Source: Candidatus Sericytochromatia bacterium (GTDB lineage Bacteria; Cyanobacteriota; Sericytochromatia; UBA7694). Taken from it: a stretch of DNA of 64,000 bases. The stretch spans positions 146,753 to 210,752 of the forward strand of contig JADMKE010000003.1 in NCBI GenBank assembly GCA_018780035.1. Direction: 5' to 3'. Positions 48,325 through 60,252 of the stretch are shown piece after piece; the stretch's first letter is position 1, and every line of letters starts with the position of its first letter. Below the pieces are notes generated by a model. It had not been told where the DNA came from. It made no database searches and saw only the letters and a list, made by a program, of their open reading frames with translations. Both the position numbers and the translations under genes were made by a program.

Positions 48325-49081
48325 AGCCAAAAAATCTCTCCCTCCTCACATCAATGATCAAGAGTTGGATACGCTCTCTCAGCTCATGGATCAACAATTG
48401 GCCCAATTTTCGGCTTTGGCACCGATTGTGTCAGGAACTGAAGTCCCCAAACCCCGCTCCCTGCGTTTAAAAAAAGCGGTGGCAGATAAACCCTATCACC
48501 ATGGTGATTTGTATGAAGCCTTGCTTGAAGCCACCTTGGCATGTGTGACCCAAAAAGGGGTACAGGGTCTGAGTCTGAGAGCGATTGCTCAGGCTGTGGG
48601 GGTGAGCCCTGCCGCTCCCTATCGCCATTTTGCGGACAAACAGGAGATGATTGCCGCGGTCGCCGCGAGGGGCTTTGAAAAAATGTCACTGCGCTTGGCT
48701 GCTCTGCCTGAAAGCAAACCTCTGGAAAAACTCAAAGCCCAAGCCAGGGTATATTGTCAGTTTGGACTTGAATTCCCCGATTATTTTGCCTTGATGTTTG
48801 GCTCTGCGATTGAAGACAAAGCCCTCTATCCCCATTTGTCTCAGGCCACTGAAGATACCTTTTTGTATTTTGTTGAAGCGATTACAGCGGCGATCAATGC
48901 TAAGCTACTCAAAAAAGCACCCGCTGAATTGATTGCTTTGACTTTTTGGAGTCAAATTCATGGCTTTACTTCGTTATTGGTCAATAAACAATTAAAATGG
49001 GACAATTTGGGAGCGGATAAGCCTGAAGACTTACTGGAATCAACCCTGGATATGTTAATGAATGGGCTGGCGCGGCCCTAA
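48317..49081 (+). CDS. TetR/AcrR family transcriptional regulator
   Basis: HTH region LSLRAIAQAVGVSPAAPYRHFADKQEM. GTG start overlapping the folD stop. The N-terminal extension is unusually long, so the true start may be further downstream. Confidence 0.65.
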   Translation: MVKAKKSLPPHINDQELDTLSQLMDQQLAQFSALAPIVSGTEVPKPRSLRLKKAVADKPYHHGDLYEALLEATLACVTQKGVQGLSLRAIAQAVGVSPAAPYRHFADKQEMIAAVAARGFEKMSLRLAALPESKPLEKLKAQARVYCQFGLEFPDYFALMFGSAIEDKALYPHLSQATEDTFLYFVEAITAAINAKLLKKAPAELIALTFWSQIHGFTSLLVNKQLKWDNLGADKPEDLLESTLDMLMNGLARP

Positions 49082-50001
49082 AAGCCCTGTTCGATCAGAC
49101 CGTCGATCTGTTCCTGCAGGTTTTCAATCATCTCGACCAAGGTCTCGTATTGTCTTTCGAGTGAACGGATATCATGGCCTTGATCGGAAATCGAATCCAG
49201 TTGATCTGCCAGTTGATCGCAGTGGTCAAGCAGATCTTCGAGGGTATTCTGCTCAAAGTCCTGGATCGCCTCTTTGCTGCGCAAATGGGGTAAATTGACG
49301 ATGCTGTCCCTTACCCGTTCCATTTGCTTTAGCAAGGCCTGCTCCAACTTCTGAAAGTTCAAAGAGGTCTGAATCATTTTGGTCTGATGGCGCAGCAGAT
49401 CGGCAAAGCTGTTTAACAGTCCCTTCAGCGAATCAGCAGGCAAAGACAGATCCAATTCAGCCAATTCTTGCTCCAATTGTTGGTAACGCCATTGGGATTC
49501 GCCATGATCTTTGACCAAAATTTGCAATTGCGCCGTGTCCAGCATGGGTTGTTTGAGCTGAGAGGCCTTGGCTTTTTGGGTTGCAGTTTGTATGCGTTCA
49601 ACAAACTGAACGAACATTTGTTCAGACTCTTCTGTTTCGGGTTGCACGGATTTCAGTGGCAGGCCCAGGCGCTTGTGTTGGCTAAACTCCAGCAGGGATT
49701 TGGCATCAGCGTTATCTGGCGCAAATTGCAGGGCCGCCTTGAGTTGTTTTTCTGCGCCTTCAAAGTCGGAAATCAACAGAAGCAAATAGCCCAATCCAAC
49801 ATAAGATTCGGCATTGCCACGTTCTTGGCGAATTGCACGAATAAAAGCATCTGAAGCAGACTTTAGCAGAGATTTATCTTTAAACCCAGTTTGTTCTGCT
49901 CTGACCAACAAGTTATAACCTTGTTCACAGGCCTGAGCACCCAAATCTTTGCGTTTGCTGGCAACCTGTTCGTGGGTTTTTAAGAGGGCTTTGAGATCCA
50001 T
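49078..50001 (-). CDS. hypothetical TPR-like/coiled-coil protein
   Basis: 307 aa, helical, acidic C-terminus. Convergent and overlapping with the TetR stop. Confidence 0.4.
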   Translation of the reverse strand: MDLKALLKTHEQVASKRKDLGAQACEQGYNLLVRAEQTGFKDKSLLKSASDAFIRAIRQERGNAESYVGLGYLLLLISDFEGAEKQLKAALQFAPDNADAKSLLEFSQHKRLGLPLKSVQPETEESEQMFVQFVERIQTATQKAKASQLKQPMLDTAQLQILVKDHGESQWRYQQLEQELAELDLSLPADSLKGLLNSFADLLRHQTKMIQTSLNFQKLEQALLKQMERVRDSIVNLPHLRSKEAIQDFEQNTLEDLLDHCDQLADQLDSISDQGHDIRSLERQYETLVEMIENLQEQIDGLIEQGF

Positions 50002-50059
50002 GAAATTGCGTTTTCCTCAGTTGGAATTATAACAGCAGCGAACTAAAAAGGCGAAATGA

Positions 50060-51759
<1,700 letters not shown>

Positions 51760-51762
<3 letters not shown>

Positions 51763-52968
51763 TGTGGCACTCCTTTTGGCGCGGCGTTTGAGCGAGCGGG
51801 AAAGTGAAAAGCCAAATTGCAGGAGCAGGCCGAGGGTCACCAAAATACAGGAGATATAGGGAATCAACCAACTGGGGTTTTTGACTACCTGTAAGACAGT
51901 GCCCGACTCATCGGGTTTGTAAGAGGCCTGGTAAAAGGTATCTCCCCGGTAGCGCAAGGGGTGGTTCATCCAAATTTTCACTTCGCGGTCGACTTTGTGT
52001 TCGGTATCGACAATCCGCACCGTGCTTTCAAAGTTTTTGGGGATTTCCGTGCCGGGATAGCGGTCAAAGCGGAAATCTTTGAGGTAAAAGGTATAGGGTT
52101 TGTAACTGCGTTCAAAGCGCAGATTGAGAGCATATTTTTTGCCGTTGACTTCGATGTCATTGCTGCTTTTGAGCCACACCGAGGTGGTATAACTGCCCAG
52201 GGCCTTGTCGCTGCCTTTGGGAAAGAGCGTGACCAGGGCTGTGGGCATGTCGATGCCGCCTTCTGCCGATTGGGTTCCACTGATCTCGGGGGCCTGTTTG
52301 GCTTTAAATCCAGCCCCCGAGGGATCTTTTTCCAAGACAGAATTTTTGTAATAGGCATCTACCTGAATATCCACGGGCAGTTGCGGCGATTGTATCCGTT
52401 TGCCACTGCGCAATTGGCTCTCGGGCACCACCGTGACCAAATCCGTTTTGGCATCGCTGCTATCAACAAAGGCCAATTCCGGGTGACGAATGTCTTCGCT
52501 GTAGTTGGCAGAGCCGCCTTCGTCGATTGTCATATTGCTCTCGTCGGCATAAAGGCCGGTTAAACCTTCTCCCACCAAGAGGAGAATCAGGCCTGCGTGA
52601 ATCACGGAGAGACCAATTTTTTGTTTGCTGAGCTTAAAGCGCTGAGCATGGGCCACCATTAAATTGATCAAAAGCAATGAGCCCAGGGTATTTCCGCCGG
52701 GAAAAGGCAGGGCACCTGGTACGGCACGGTCGCGGGGAAAGAAAATCTGAAAATCGACCCAGACCAGCCAAGAGCGAAAATAGTCTTTGACCACGGTCCA
52801 GATACCCTGATCCATCTGGGCCAAAGTGCCAAAGAAGATCAGCAAAATACTCAGCGTCAGCAGGGTGACAGTCAGTTCGAGTGAACCAAAGAAAGCCAAC
52901 AACTGCTGCAGGGGCGTTTTGGGCTTGCGTTTTTTTTCGGCCAAGGGAGCGGCAGGTGCATCAATCAT
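51760..52968 (-). CDS. ccsB: cytochrome c biogenesis protein CcsB/ResB
   Basis: N-terminal TM segments and a large periplasmic domain. RYRGDTFYQASY is ResB-like. Adjacent to and translationally coupled with ccsA. Confidence 0.7.
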
Positions 52969-54200
52969 GTGGCTTGCCTCTGATTGGGGGAAGTGTCATG
53001 AAAGGCGAGCGACTTCACAAAGGCCAGAAAGTCGTTCTCTTGGCTTTGAATCAATTTGGCCGGGGCGACCATTTTAATGAACCAGGTTTGACCTCCCTGT
53101 TCGACCATGGCAATCAACATGCCTTGGCCCTCCATGCCACTGTAAAGCGCCATAAAATAGCCTTTGTGACCGGCAATTTGAATGTCTTTGACGGCGTTTT
53201 TGAGGCCCGCTTGATCGGTGGGCACCATTTCAAGCTGCTTGCGCCAGCGGTTGGTATTGTTGAGCAGACCGCCGCCATCACCGGCCAAACTGACGATCGA
53301 AACATCGCCAATCGCTTCGCCCTGTTTGACCTCAAACGAGGCCACACGGATATTGCCTGCAGGTTTTTCTTTCCAGCTGGCGGGCAGGGTATAGGTGAGT
53401 TTTGTGTTGGTGGCCTGGGGTTCCATTTTGGGTAAACCTGGCGCGTTCATGTCTGAATTGGGATCTGAATTGGGTGCCGAATTGGGAGCAACCGGCGGCT
53501 GACCAGGCATGGCCTGTCCCTCAGGCATTGCGGGCATTTGGGCTGAGGCACCTGCTTTAATTTTGACAGAGGCCAGAAAGGTCTCAAAGGCTTTGGCCTG
53601 GGCCTTGACCAATTCACGTGGGCCTGCCAGTTTAAAGAACCAATTGGCGCCTTCTTTTTCGACCAGCACCACGCGCATGGCTTTGTCGGGTTGGCCTTCG
53701 GGGGCATAGAGTTCGAGGGCAATGCCTTCACTGTCAGAAACTTTAAAAGCCCTGACACTTTTGGCAATCTCAGCGGGATCTTCCAGCGGAGGCAGGCCCA
53801 CTTGGCCGCGCCAGCGGTTAAGATTGCCTTTGAGATCGCCGGCATTGCCTGGCAGGGTGACCAGCGAGAAATCCCCCCCGCCTTTGAGGCTGAATGAGAG
53901 TTTGCGCATACCACCTGCGGGCATTTTTTGCCAATCGGCAGGGGCCGTATAACTCAGACCTTCCTCTGCAGAGGCATCAACTGAGGCATTTGAAAGCGCC
54001 AGGGCGGGGGCTGCTGAAACTTTTGCAACCCGGTATTGTTTGACTTCTTCGGGGGCGCAAGCGACAAAAGTGAGCAATATGAGGCCGAGAGGAAGCCAGG
54101 AAGAGCGCTGTAAAGCGTTATTCAAAGACCGCTTGAGAGAGCGCTTGGACTTAAACAAGATAATGTGCATATTTTCAATCTGTGGGCGTCTGGATTTCAA
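52965..54200 (-). CDS. lipoprotein with two ~130-aa tandem repeats (NRWR motif)
   Basis: Lipobox LLTFVACAP. Repeats LSYTAPADWQKMPAGGMRKLSF...NLNRWRGQVGLPP... and LTYTLPASWKEKPAGNIRVASF...NTNRWRKQLEMVP... Confidence 0.5.
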   Translation of the reverse strand: MKSRRPQIENMHIILFKSKRSLKRSLNNALQRSSWLPLGLILLTFVACAPEEVKQYRVAKVSAAPALALSNASVDASAEEGLSYTAPADWQKMPAGGMRKLSFSLKGGGDFSLVTLPGNAGDLKGNLNRWRGQVGLPPLEDPAEIAKSVRAFKVSDSEGIALELYAPEGQPDKAMRVVLVEKEGANWFFKLAGPRELVKAQAKAFETFLASVKIKAGASAQMPAMPEGQAMPGQPPVAPNSAPNSDPNSDMNAPGLPKMEPQATNTKLTYTLPASWKEKPAGNIRVASFEVKQGEAIGDVSIVSLAGDGGGLLNNTNRWRKQLEMVPTDQAGLKNAVKDIQIAGHKGYFMALYSGMEGQGMLIAMVEQGGQTWFIKMVAPAKLIQSQENDFLAFVKSLAFHDTSPNQRQAT

Positions 54201-54322
54201 TTCGGACAGTTGCTTCTATTGGGAATAAGCTGTCTGGAACCAGGCCCAGGGCGTACCACTACCTATGGTACCCAAGTGTATGACCTCAAGCCAAGTAGGT
54301 CAGGAGGGAGAGCCTGTCATCT

Positions 54323-55039
54323 TTACAATTTTTCAAGGGATGTGAGCCAAAGATTAAAATAATGACATTTTTCTCTGAGTGCAGATAAACCAATATCTTG
54401 GGCAATCATGGCTCCCGTAGGTTTTCTGTAGGTTTTAATTTGTTCGATGATTCTGGATGCTGGCCCGTTTTCATGATTGATTTTTTCGGGATCGCCTTGA
54501 GCAGATTGTAAGGCTTGTTCGAGCCGCTCTAATTGCAGATCGCCACACACCACCGGATAATGGAATCGGAGATAGCTGAGATCTACAAAAATCAAAGCCT
54601 CAAATTCATGTAATTGAAAATAAGGAAGTAGTCGATCTACTCTTGGGACCTCAGGCTGAAGATCTTCTTTCATTTTTTGAGCCAGAATGGTTAAGCCATT
54701 TTCAAAATGAGATGTTTTTATTTCTCTCATGGCCTCTGCATAACCAGGAAAACTTTTTTCTGGCTCAGTTGAGGATGGCATGTGATAGATGTCGAACATC
54801 GTCGTAAAAAAACAATTCGTATCCTTATGTTCATTCATCAAACGAACGAGATGTTCCCGCGCCTTTCTGTAATCAGTTAAACCACCTTTTTTGTCAGGAC
54901 CTTGTCGTAGACGTTTGGTTACAATGCATTGAACTGAGGAATTTACCGCATATTGATAGAGATGCGGTTTAATCACATCATTGGCAAATTGTTCTTCTGT
55001 GGGCCCTTCTGCCAGAATATGTAGACGTTTCCAAGTCAT
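54323..55039 (-). CDS. DUF4276/TOPRIM-like protein, partner of upstream ATPase
   Basis: 238 aa, N-terminal LHILAEGPTEEQF (Toprim-like EG-TE acidic motif). The ATG overlaps the stop of the 1738-aa gene (ATGA). Low GC like its partner. Confidence 0.5.
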   Translation of the reverse strand: MTWKRLHILAEGPTEEQFANDVIKPHLYQYAVNSSVQCIVTKRLRQGPDKKGGLTDYRKAREHLVRLMNEHKDTNCFFTTMFDIYHMPSSTEPEKSFPGYAEAMREIKTSHFENGLTILAQKMKEDLQPEVPRVDRLLPYFQLHEFEALIFVDLSYLRFHYPVVCGDLQLERLEQALQSAQGDPEKINHENGPASRIIEQIKTYRKPTGAMIAQDIGLSALREKCHYFNLWLTSLEKL

Positions 55040-58000
55040 GGCTTACCCCCCAGCACATTCTTGTTCCAGAGTTCACTGAGTGTATAGTCTTTTAACCACA
55101 GCGCCAATTCTTCAGAATTTTTACGGGTCATCACAGTAAAGGCTTTGTCTTTCATCTCATTGGCCTGTAGATCAAAACGGGTACGATCCACAATCACGAG
55201 ATCATCCGCTTCGAAATGGTCTAATAACTCACTGGATTGGGTGGCGATTAAAATTTGGCAATGTTGCGAAGCCAAACTGATCATATTGGCTAAGGTTGCC
55301 AAAGCCTTTGGGTGAAGTCCCAGTTCTGGCTCATCGAGAATTAAGATCCGTGGCAAGCGGTGAGGAGGAGACATCAAGAGTGCGGTGAGCACCATAAAAC
55401 GCAATGAGCCATCTGAAGCCTGATGGGCTCCAAAGATGTATTCAGAACCCTCTTCTCGCCATTGAAGTTGAATTTTGGCATCTTCAAAATTAGGTTCAAG
55501 CACAAATTCTTGAAATTGAGGAAAGGCATGACGAATCAGACGAATCATCTGTTTGTAATGAGTTTCCTCTTCTGGTGAATTTTTTAGGGCATAGAGAAAG
55601 GCCGCTAAATTTTTTCCATCTGAGGCCAATTGTTTATTATCATAAAGGTTAGCTTCATCTCTGAGTTTGCTGGAAAGAGATGTATCTGGGATATGAATAC
55701 GTTCCAATGAGCCTAACAATTCGCGCAACATTTTTGCCCATGGTTGTGTTGCATGGGTAAAAAGAACCGAGTCGGATTGTGGTTTCTGACTTTCATACAG
55801 AATTGAGTTTTGGTCCAATAAAGACAAAGTAATGCGTTCAGACTCAAAGTAAAAATATTTAAAATCTTCAGTTAGTTTGCATTGAAAATTGTAAGAAAGG
55901 CTTTCTTGCTCACTTTTGCTAAAAATCAAACTGCCACTCAGGGAATCGGTATTTTTAATGCCATAATAAAGAAAATCGCTAATTGAACCCTTTGTTACAT
56001 TTAAACTGTCCATTGGCCATTGAGAGAATTCTTGAACAAATTCTAAAAATTTAAAGAAGCTGCTTTTCCCTGCTCCGTTGGCACCAATCAAAACATTAAT
56101 ATCTTGTAGATCAATGCTGATACTTTGATGATTCGAAAAGGATTTAAAGCCTTGAATGGAAACTTCACTCAGAAAAAAGTCAGTAATTTGAACATTTTTT
56201 AAAAAGTCAATAACGGCAGGAAACACTTCAGGTTTGTAGGTATCTTGATAATCAAGCTTTGATAAATTTTTAACACTTTCATATTTACTTGTATTTCTCA
56301 AATTCAAAAAATAATCAATGTCAGTTGAATTTTTCTCCCAAGAGCAAAGAACCATAGAAATTTTAACCAAGGCTAACTCAATCTTTTCTATATAATCAGA
56401 GTCAGGACTATAATACGTCCTATATTTGTCTAATATTTGAGAGTAAAATTTTTGAAAAAGAGATGATTTTAAAGCTTCTTCTTGTCTGTAATACACCAAC
56501 CAGTATGACATCAACTCTAAAGAAGTATGTAAAAGTGGTTCTTGTTGAAGAAGAATTTTACTTAGAAGAGTTGACCAATAATCTGTAAAATTCTCAAAAT
56601 CGTGTTCCAACAACATCTCTCTTAAATGAGAAATACCTTCTTGGACTGTATTTGGGTTATCGGAAGTTAAATCAAAATGTCGTCCTGAAGAAGGGGCATG
56701 TTCTTGAATTCCAGCCATAATTTCCTCTTTTAAAGTTCGGTAGTCTGGATCCATTTTAAGGATATCAGCATAGTCATCTAAAAAATAATTCATTTCTTTG
56801 AGCAGTGAAAAATCAAGTCCACTCATAAAAATGAACCGAGTCGATAGTTGGGTTTGAGAAGGAGCAAAAGGGCTTTGTTTGAATTCCTGAATAGAAGCTT
56901 TTAAAGCTTGATACAACTCTAAAATCTCTGTTTGGTTGAATCGCAGTCCTTGGGGAAAGGTATATTGTTTGTATTTGTATTCATGTAATTTTAATGAACC
57001 CTCACCAAAATGATGTTTAGCCCAACCACCTTTATTTTTTTCAATCCCTGTTGACCAAATACTTCTACCATTTTCAACAATTAATTTATGTACATTTTTT
57101 CTTGCTTCAGGATAAGCAGAAGTATACAAAACCAATAAGGCAAAGGTACTTCTGAAGAAGCTAGGAAAGTCTGTGTAAAATTGAATATGAGACGCTATTT
57201 TTTCTTTGTGTAAGCTATTTAAGAACCTATCCTCAATCAATCTTAATTTTGCAAAAGCATAATAAGCTATTTTTAAATCAGATGTTTTATCCACCAAATC
57301 ATTGACTCTGGCTATTAATCGCTCATTTAAAGGAATGGATTTATAAAGGGCATTTTTAGTGATTTCATATAAAAGCTGGGGCCTTATATAATAATCCGCA
57401 TCCAAATCCCCATCTGTTTCTAATAAAACATACAAACATTCTTCGAGTTGAACGGGGTCAGTGATCCGCGATAGCGAATTTTTAATTATGAAAAAAGGAC
57501 CTTGTTTGGATTGAGAATACAGTACATTTCTATGTTCTATATGATTAAATGTAGTCCAAATATCCCAAAAAAATTCATTCCAAAATGTTTCAGGTATCTG
57601 CAGAATAAACTCAGATAACACAGCGACAATCAGCATCAACAAGCGATTATCTTCACCACGGAGGTGTTTATAAATTGAAAGAGTCAAAGAAAATATTTTC
57701 TCATTAATGCTCTCATTGTTGTAAACAAATAAACCCTTATGTAGTTGAGTTCTAACCCATTCTGCATCTATTTCATTGACAGTTAAATATCTCAAAAGAT
57801 AGAAAAAAGAGAATTGGAGATATTCCTTAAATAAATAAAGATTCACCCGATACCAGGTTTCATGAGAAATCAATTGAAGTCTAAAAACCTGTGGCATAAA
57901 TCCCAATTGAAACAATAAAAGCATTGCATTCAAGGAAGCATTGCGTCTGGTAACGTGAATATCTTGTCCGCTTAAAAAGATACGAACCTGATTGAAATAA

Positions 58001-60252
58001 GGATTATTTTTCTCGATATCTGGAATGATATTTTTTTCCAGATAAGTTTGAAATGTTTCAAACCCCTGGAGATTTAATTCTTTCTTTTTTTCTCCGCCAA
58101 TGTAGGCAATTGGATCATAATAGTGTCTGAAGGACTTTTCAATAAAATCATAGCCCTCAAAAAAGTACATTTGTTCCTGAAAAGGCCATTTATCCGCTTG
58201 GGAGAGTACTGAATCTAAAAAATCAAACCCCTCTTGATAATTTCGCTTAAACAATGTGGTATTTAAAAAGGCTTTTTTAATGCACCATTCAGCATCAATC
58301 CAGTCATCTTCTTCTGGTTTCCATTGTTCTAAGTGCTCTTTGAGTGATTCAATTTTTTGATCTAAAGCAAATTTAATAGCTTTGTAATATTGAATTTGAT
58401 TATATATCGAAGCTAATTTTTCATGTTTAATTAATGAAAGATCATTAACTGCATTTTCAACTCTTTTGATCCACTCAGAAAAAAGCGCTTCATTTTCCAA
58501 GAACAGGCTATCTTCAATTAAGAGAAAAGCAAAATAGAACCAATCTAATCTGTTTTCTGGATTAGTTTTTGACAGTTCTATTCCTTTTAAGTCATCTGAC
58601 AAACCCATGAGGTCAATTTGAGGATCTTGTTTTAAAACTTCAGACAAATGAGAAAATGAATCTTGAACAGCAAGAGCCAACATTGCCAACATTTGCAGTT
58701 TTTCATTTGCAGATTGACAATTCGGGTATTTTTTTACAAAAATCCAACGATAAAAAAAATTCGCATAATAATGGCTCACTGACGAAGGCACACGGTTAAA
58801 TGATTTGAGAGCTCTTAGCTGAAGATAATCCTGAGATAATTCTTCAATTGATAATTGTTGATTGGTTTCAGGGGTTCCCCACTTTCTCCAGATAGATTCA
58901 TAAGCATCTCGCTTGCGCAGCTCCAGTTTATAAAGATAGCTGGGGTCACGAGTCAATGTTTGTTTCAAGTCAACAATTTCTGGGGCATCACCATATTTTG
59001 CCAAATAACTTTTTAAGAAAAATGCTGCATAGAGATAAGAAAATCGCCTTTGTGCCCCTCCCTGCATCAGACAGTTGTTCTTTTCTACAGAAGACATAGT
59101 CTGGGAAATCTGATCCAAAGGTTTATTGCAAAAATTTAAGGCTGCACAGATTTGTTGAAAGTGATACTGTTTGCGTAAGTCTGCTGAAAGGCTATTTTTT
59201 GTGGCTAAAAAAGTCGTAAAAGATGAACGCAAAGCTTGAATCTTCATCAGAAGTGACAAATACTCAGATTCAAGCCCCTTTTTTTGATTCAAGTCAGACA
59301 ATTCAAAATTGCCAAGGTCACTCAGCCAGCCAAGATATTGCACCCAGTCTTTTTCTGCCTCTTGCTGGGCCAATGCAGATTGCAGCAATAAACTCACCTC
59401 AAGATAGGCCTGGTCATAAAACAAAACCTGCTTTGAAGCCGAGAGGCCTGCATCAATCAGGCAAATATCTTGGGCATTCCCATTTTTAAGCACAGCAAAA
59501 ATATTACCAGCATGAAGATCGCCGTGTATATCACCTTGATAGACCCGACTGAGTTTGAGGTTTTGGGCTTCCCGTGCATAATAATAAGGATCTGGCAAAT
59601 CAACACTTGCCCAGCGAAAGGTCGGCTTTTTCCAAGAGACTTGGAAATGGTCTTGAACAAAGGTGTAAATGCGTCCGTGTTTGGGATGCAGACGATAACC
59701 CAAAATACCTTCACAAAGGGAGGGAAAAGAAACATCTCTAAGATAAGACTGTGCATCAAGAGAAAAAGCATCTACCAGGCGTTGCCCCACACATTTTAAA
59801 GCGGCTGAAAATTCGGTTTGTGTGAGTTGATTCAGTTGCTTCATTTCATGGAGCGGTTGCTGGTCATGCGCACGTTGCCAAAAGGTGCAAGTGTAATTTT
59901 GCAATTCTCCAGTTTCGCTTGAAACCGTTAGAGTGGTGCTCCAAACCAATTTTGCAAACAGGGCTTGAATCTGGTTCAGATGTTGGTAACGCTCTTCTTC
60001 AGAAATATAATCTGGCCAAGGACTCTGGGTGCTGATTTTTAAAACAGTGCGCCCTTCGATTTTGGAAACCCCCAAAAAACTTTCAACCTCAAGTACTTCA
60101 GCGCCAGATTTGCCCTCTTGAAAGCTTTGAACGACCCGCAAATTCTCCAGGTCTTCAGAGCTGATTTCAGATTGGTTTAATAAGCGTTGAATTAATGCAG
60201 GCTTGAGTTGGTCAAATAAAGATTCCACAAAACACCCTGAGAAAAAGGTCAT
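55036..60252 (-). CDS. giant multidomain protein: N-terminal APH/protein-kinase-like phosphotransferase domain, ~1000-aa helical region, C-terminal OLD/AAA_21-type ABC ATPase
   Basis: aa 240-275 IHGDLHAGNIFAVLKNGNAQDICLIDAGLS reproduce the APH catalytic loop (HGDLHxGN) and the Mg-binding (I)DxG. The C-terminal 370 aa carry Walker A VLIGANGAGKSSF, signature-like HQASDGSLRF, Walker B/D-loop RILILDEPELGLHP and H-loop QILIATQSSE. The gene is about 36-40% GC against about 55% for the flanks. Confidence 0.7.
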   Translation of the reverse strand: MTFFSGCFVESLFDQLKPALIQRLLNQSEISSEDLENLRVVQSFQEGKSGAEVLEVESFLGVSKIEGRTVLKISTQSPWPDYISEEERYQHLNQIQALFAKLVWSTTLTVSSETGELQNYTCTFWQRAHDQQPLHEMKQLNQLTQTEFSAALKCVGQRLVDAFSLDAQSYLRDVSFPSLCEGILGYRLHPKHGRIYTFVQDHFQVSWKKPTFRWASVDLPDPYYYAREAQNLKLSRVYQGDIHGDLHAGNIFAVLKNGNAQDICLIDAGLSASKQVLFYDQAYLEVSLLLQSALAQQEAEKDWVQYLGWLSDLGNFELSDLNQKKGLESEYLSLLMKIQALRSSFTTFLATKNSLSADLRKQYHFQQICAALNFCNKPLDQISQTMSSVEKNNCLMQGGAQRRFSYLYAAFFLKSYLAKYGDAPEIVDLKQTLTRDPSYLYKLELRKRDAYESIWRKWGTPETNQQLSIEELSQDYLQLRALKSFNRVPSSVSHYYANFFYRWIFVKKYPNCQSANEKLQMLAMLALAVQDSFSHLSEVLKQDPQIDLMGLSDDLKGIELSKTNPENRLDWFYFAFLLIEDSLFLENEALFSEWIKRVENAVNDLSLIKHEKLASIYNQIQYYKAIKFALDQKIESLKEHLEQWKPEEDDWIDAEWCIKKAFLNTTLFKRNYQEGFDFLDSVLSQADKWPFQEQMYFFEGYDFIEKSFRHYYDPIAYIGGEKKKELNLQGFETFQTYLEKNIIPDIEKNNPYFNQVRIFLSGQDIHVTRRNASLNAMLLLFQLGFMPQVFRLQLISHETWYRVNLYLFKEYLQFSFFYLLRYLTVNEIDAEWVRTQLHKGLFVYNNESINEKIFSLTLSIYKHLRGEDNRLLMLIVAVLSEFILQIPETFWNEFFWDIWTTFNHIEHRNVLYSQSKQGPFFIIKNSLSRITDPVQLEECLYVLLETDGDLDADYYIRPQLLYEITKNALYKSIPLNERLIARVNDLVDKTSDLKIAYYAFAKLRLIEDRFLNSLHKEKIASHIQFYTDFPSFFRSTFALLVLYTSAYPEARKNVHKLIVENGRSIWSTGIEKNKGGWAKHHFGEGSLKLHEYKYKQYTFPQGLRFNQTEILELYQALKASIQEFKQSPFAPSQTQLSTRFIFMSGLDFSLLKEMNYFLDDYADILKMDPDYRTLKEEIMAGIQEHAPSSGRHFDLTSDNPNTVQEGISHLREMLLEHDFENFTDYWSTLLSKILLQQEPLLHTSLELMSYWLVYYRQEEALKSSLFQKFYSQILDKYRTYYSPDSDYIEKIELALVKISMVLCSWEKNSTDIDYFLNLRNTSKYESVKNLSKLDYQDTYKPEVFPAVIDFLKNVQITDFFLSEVSIQGFKSFSNHQSISIDLQDINVLIGANGAGKSSFFKFLEFVQEFSQWPMDSLNVTKGSISDFLYYGIKNTDSLSGSLIFSKSEQESLSYNFQCKLTEDFKYFYFESERITLSLLDQNSILYESQKPQSDSVLFTHATQPWAKMLRELLGSLERIHIPDTSLSSKLRDEANLYDNKQLASDGKNLAAFLYALKNSPEEETHYKQMIRLIRHAFPQFQEFVLEPNFEDAKIQLQWREEGSEYIFGAHQASDGSLRFMVLTALLMSPPHRLPRILILDEPELGLHPKALATLANMISLASQHCQILIATQSSELLDHFEADDLVIVDRTRFDLQANEMKDKAFTVMTRKNSEELALWLKDYTLSELWNKNVLGGKP

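Noticed and set aside
54250-54275. Inverted repeat GGTACCA-n7-TGGTACC at the island border as att site or terminator
   Set aside because: No matching second copy at the other island border (60253-60345) and no T-run. Kept only as a note under the lipoprotein finding.
55036-60252. Giant ORF as a non-ribosomal peptide synthetase, polyketide synthase or lantibiotic-modification enzyme
   Set aside because: No condensation, adenylation or thiolation motifs and no LanB/LanC motifs. Instead there are clear APH-like and ABC-ATPase motifs.
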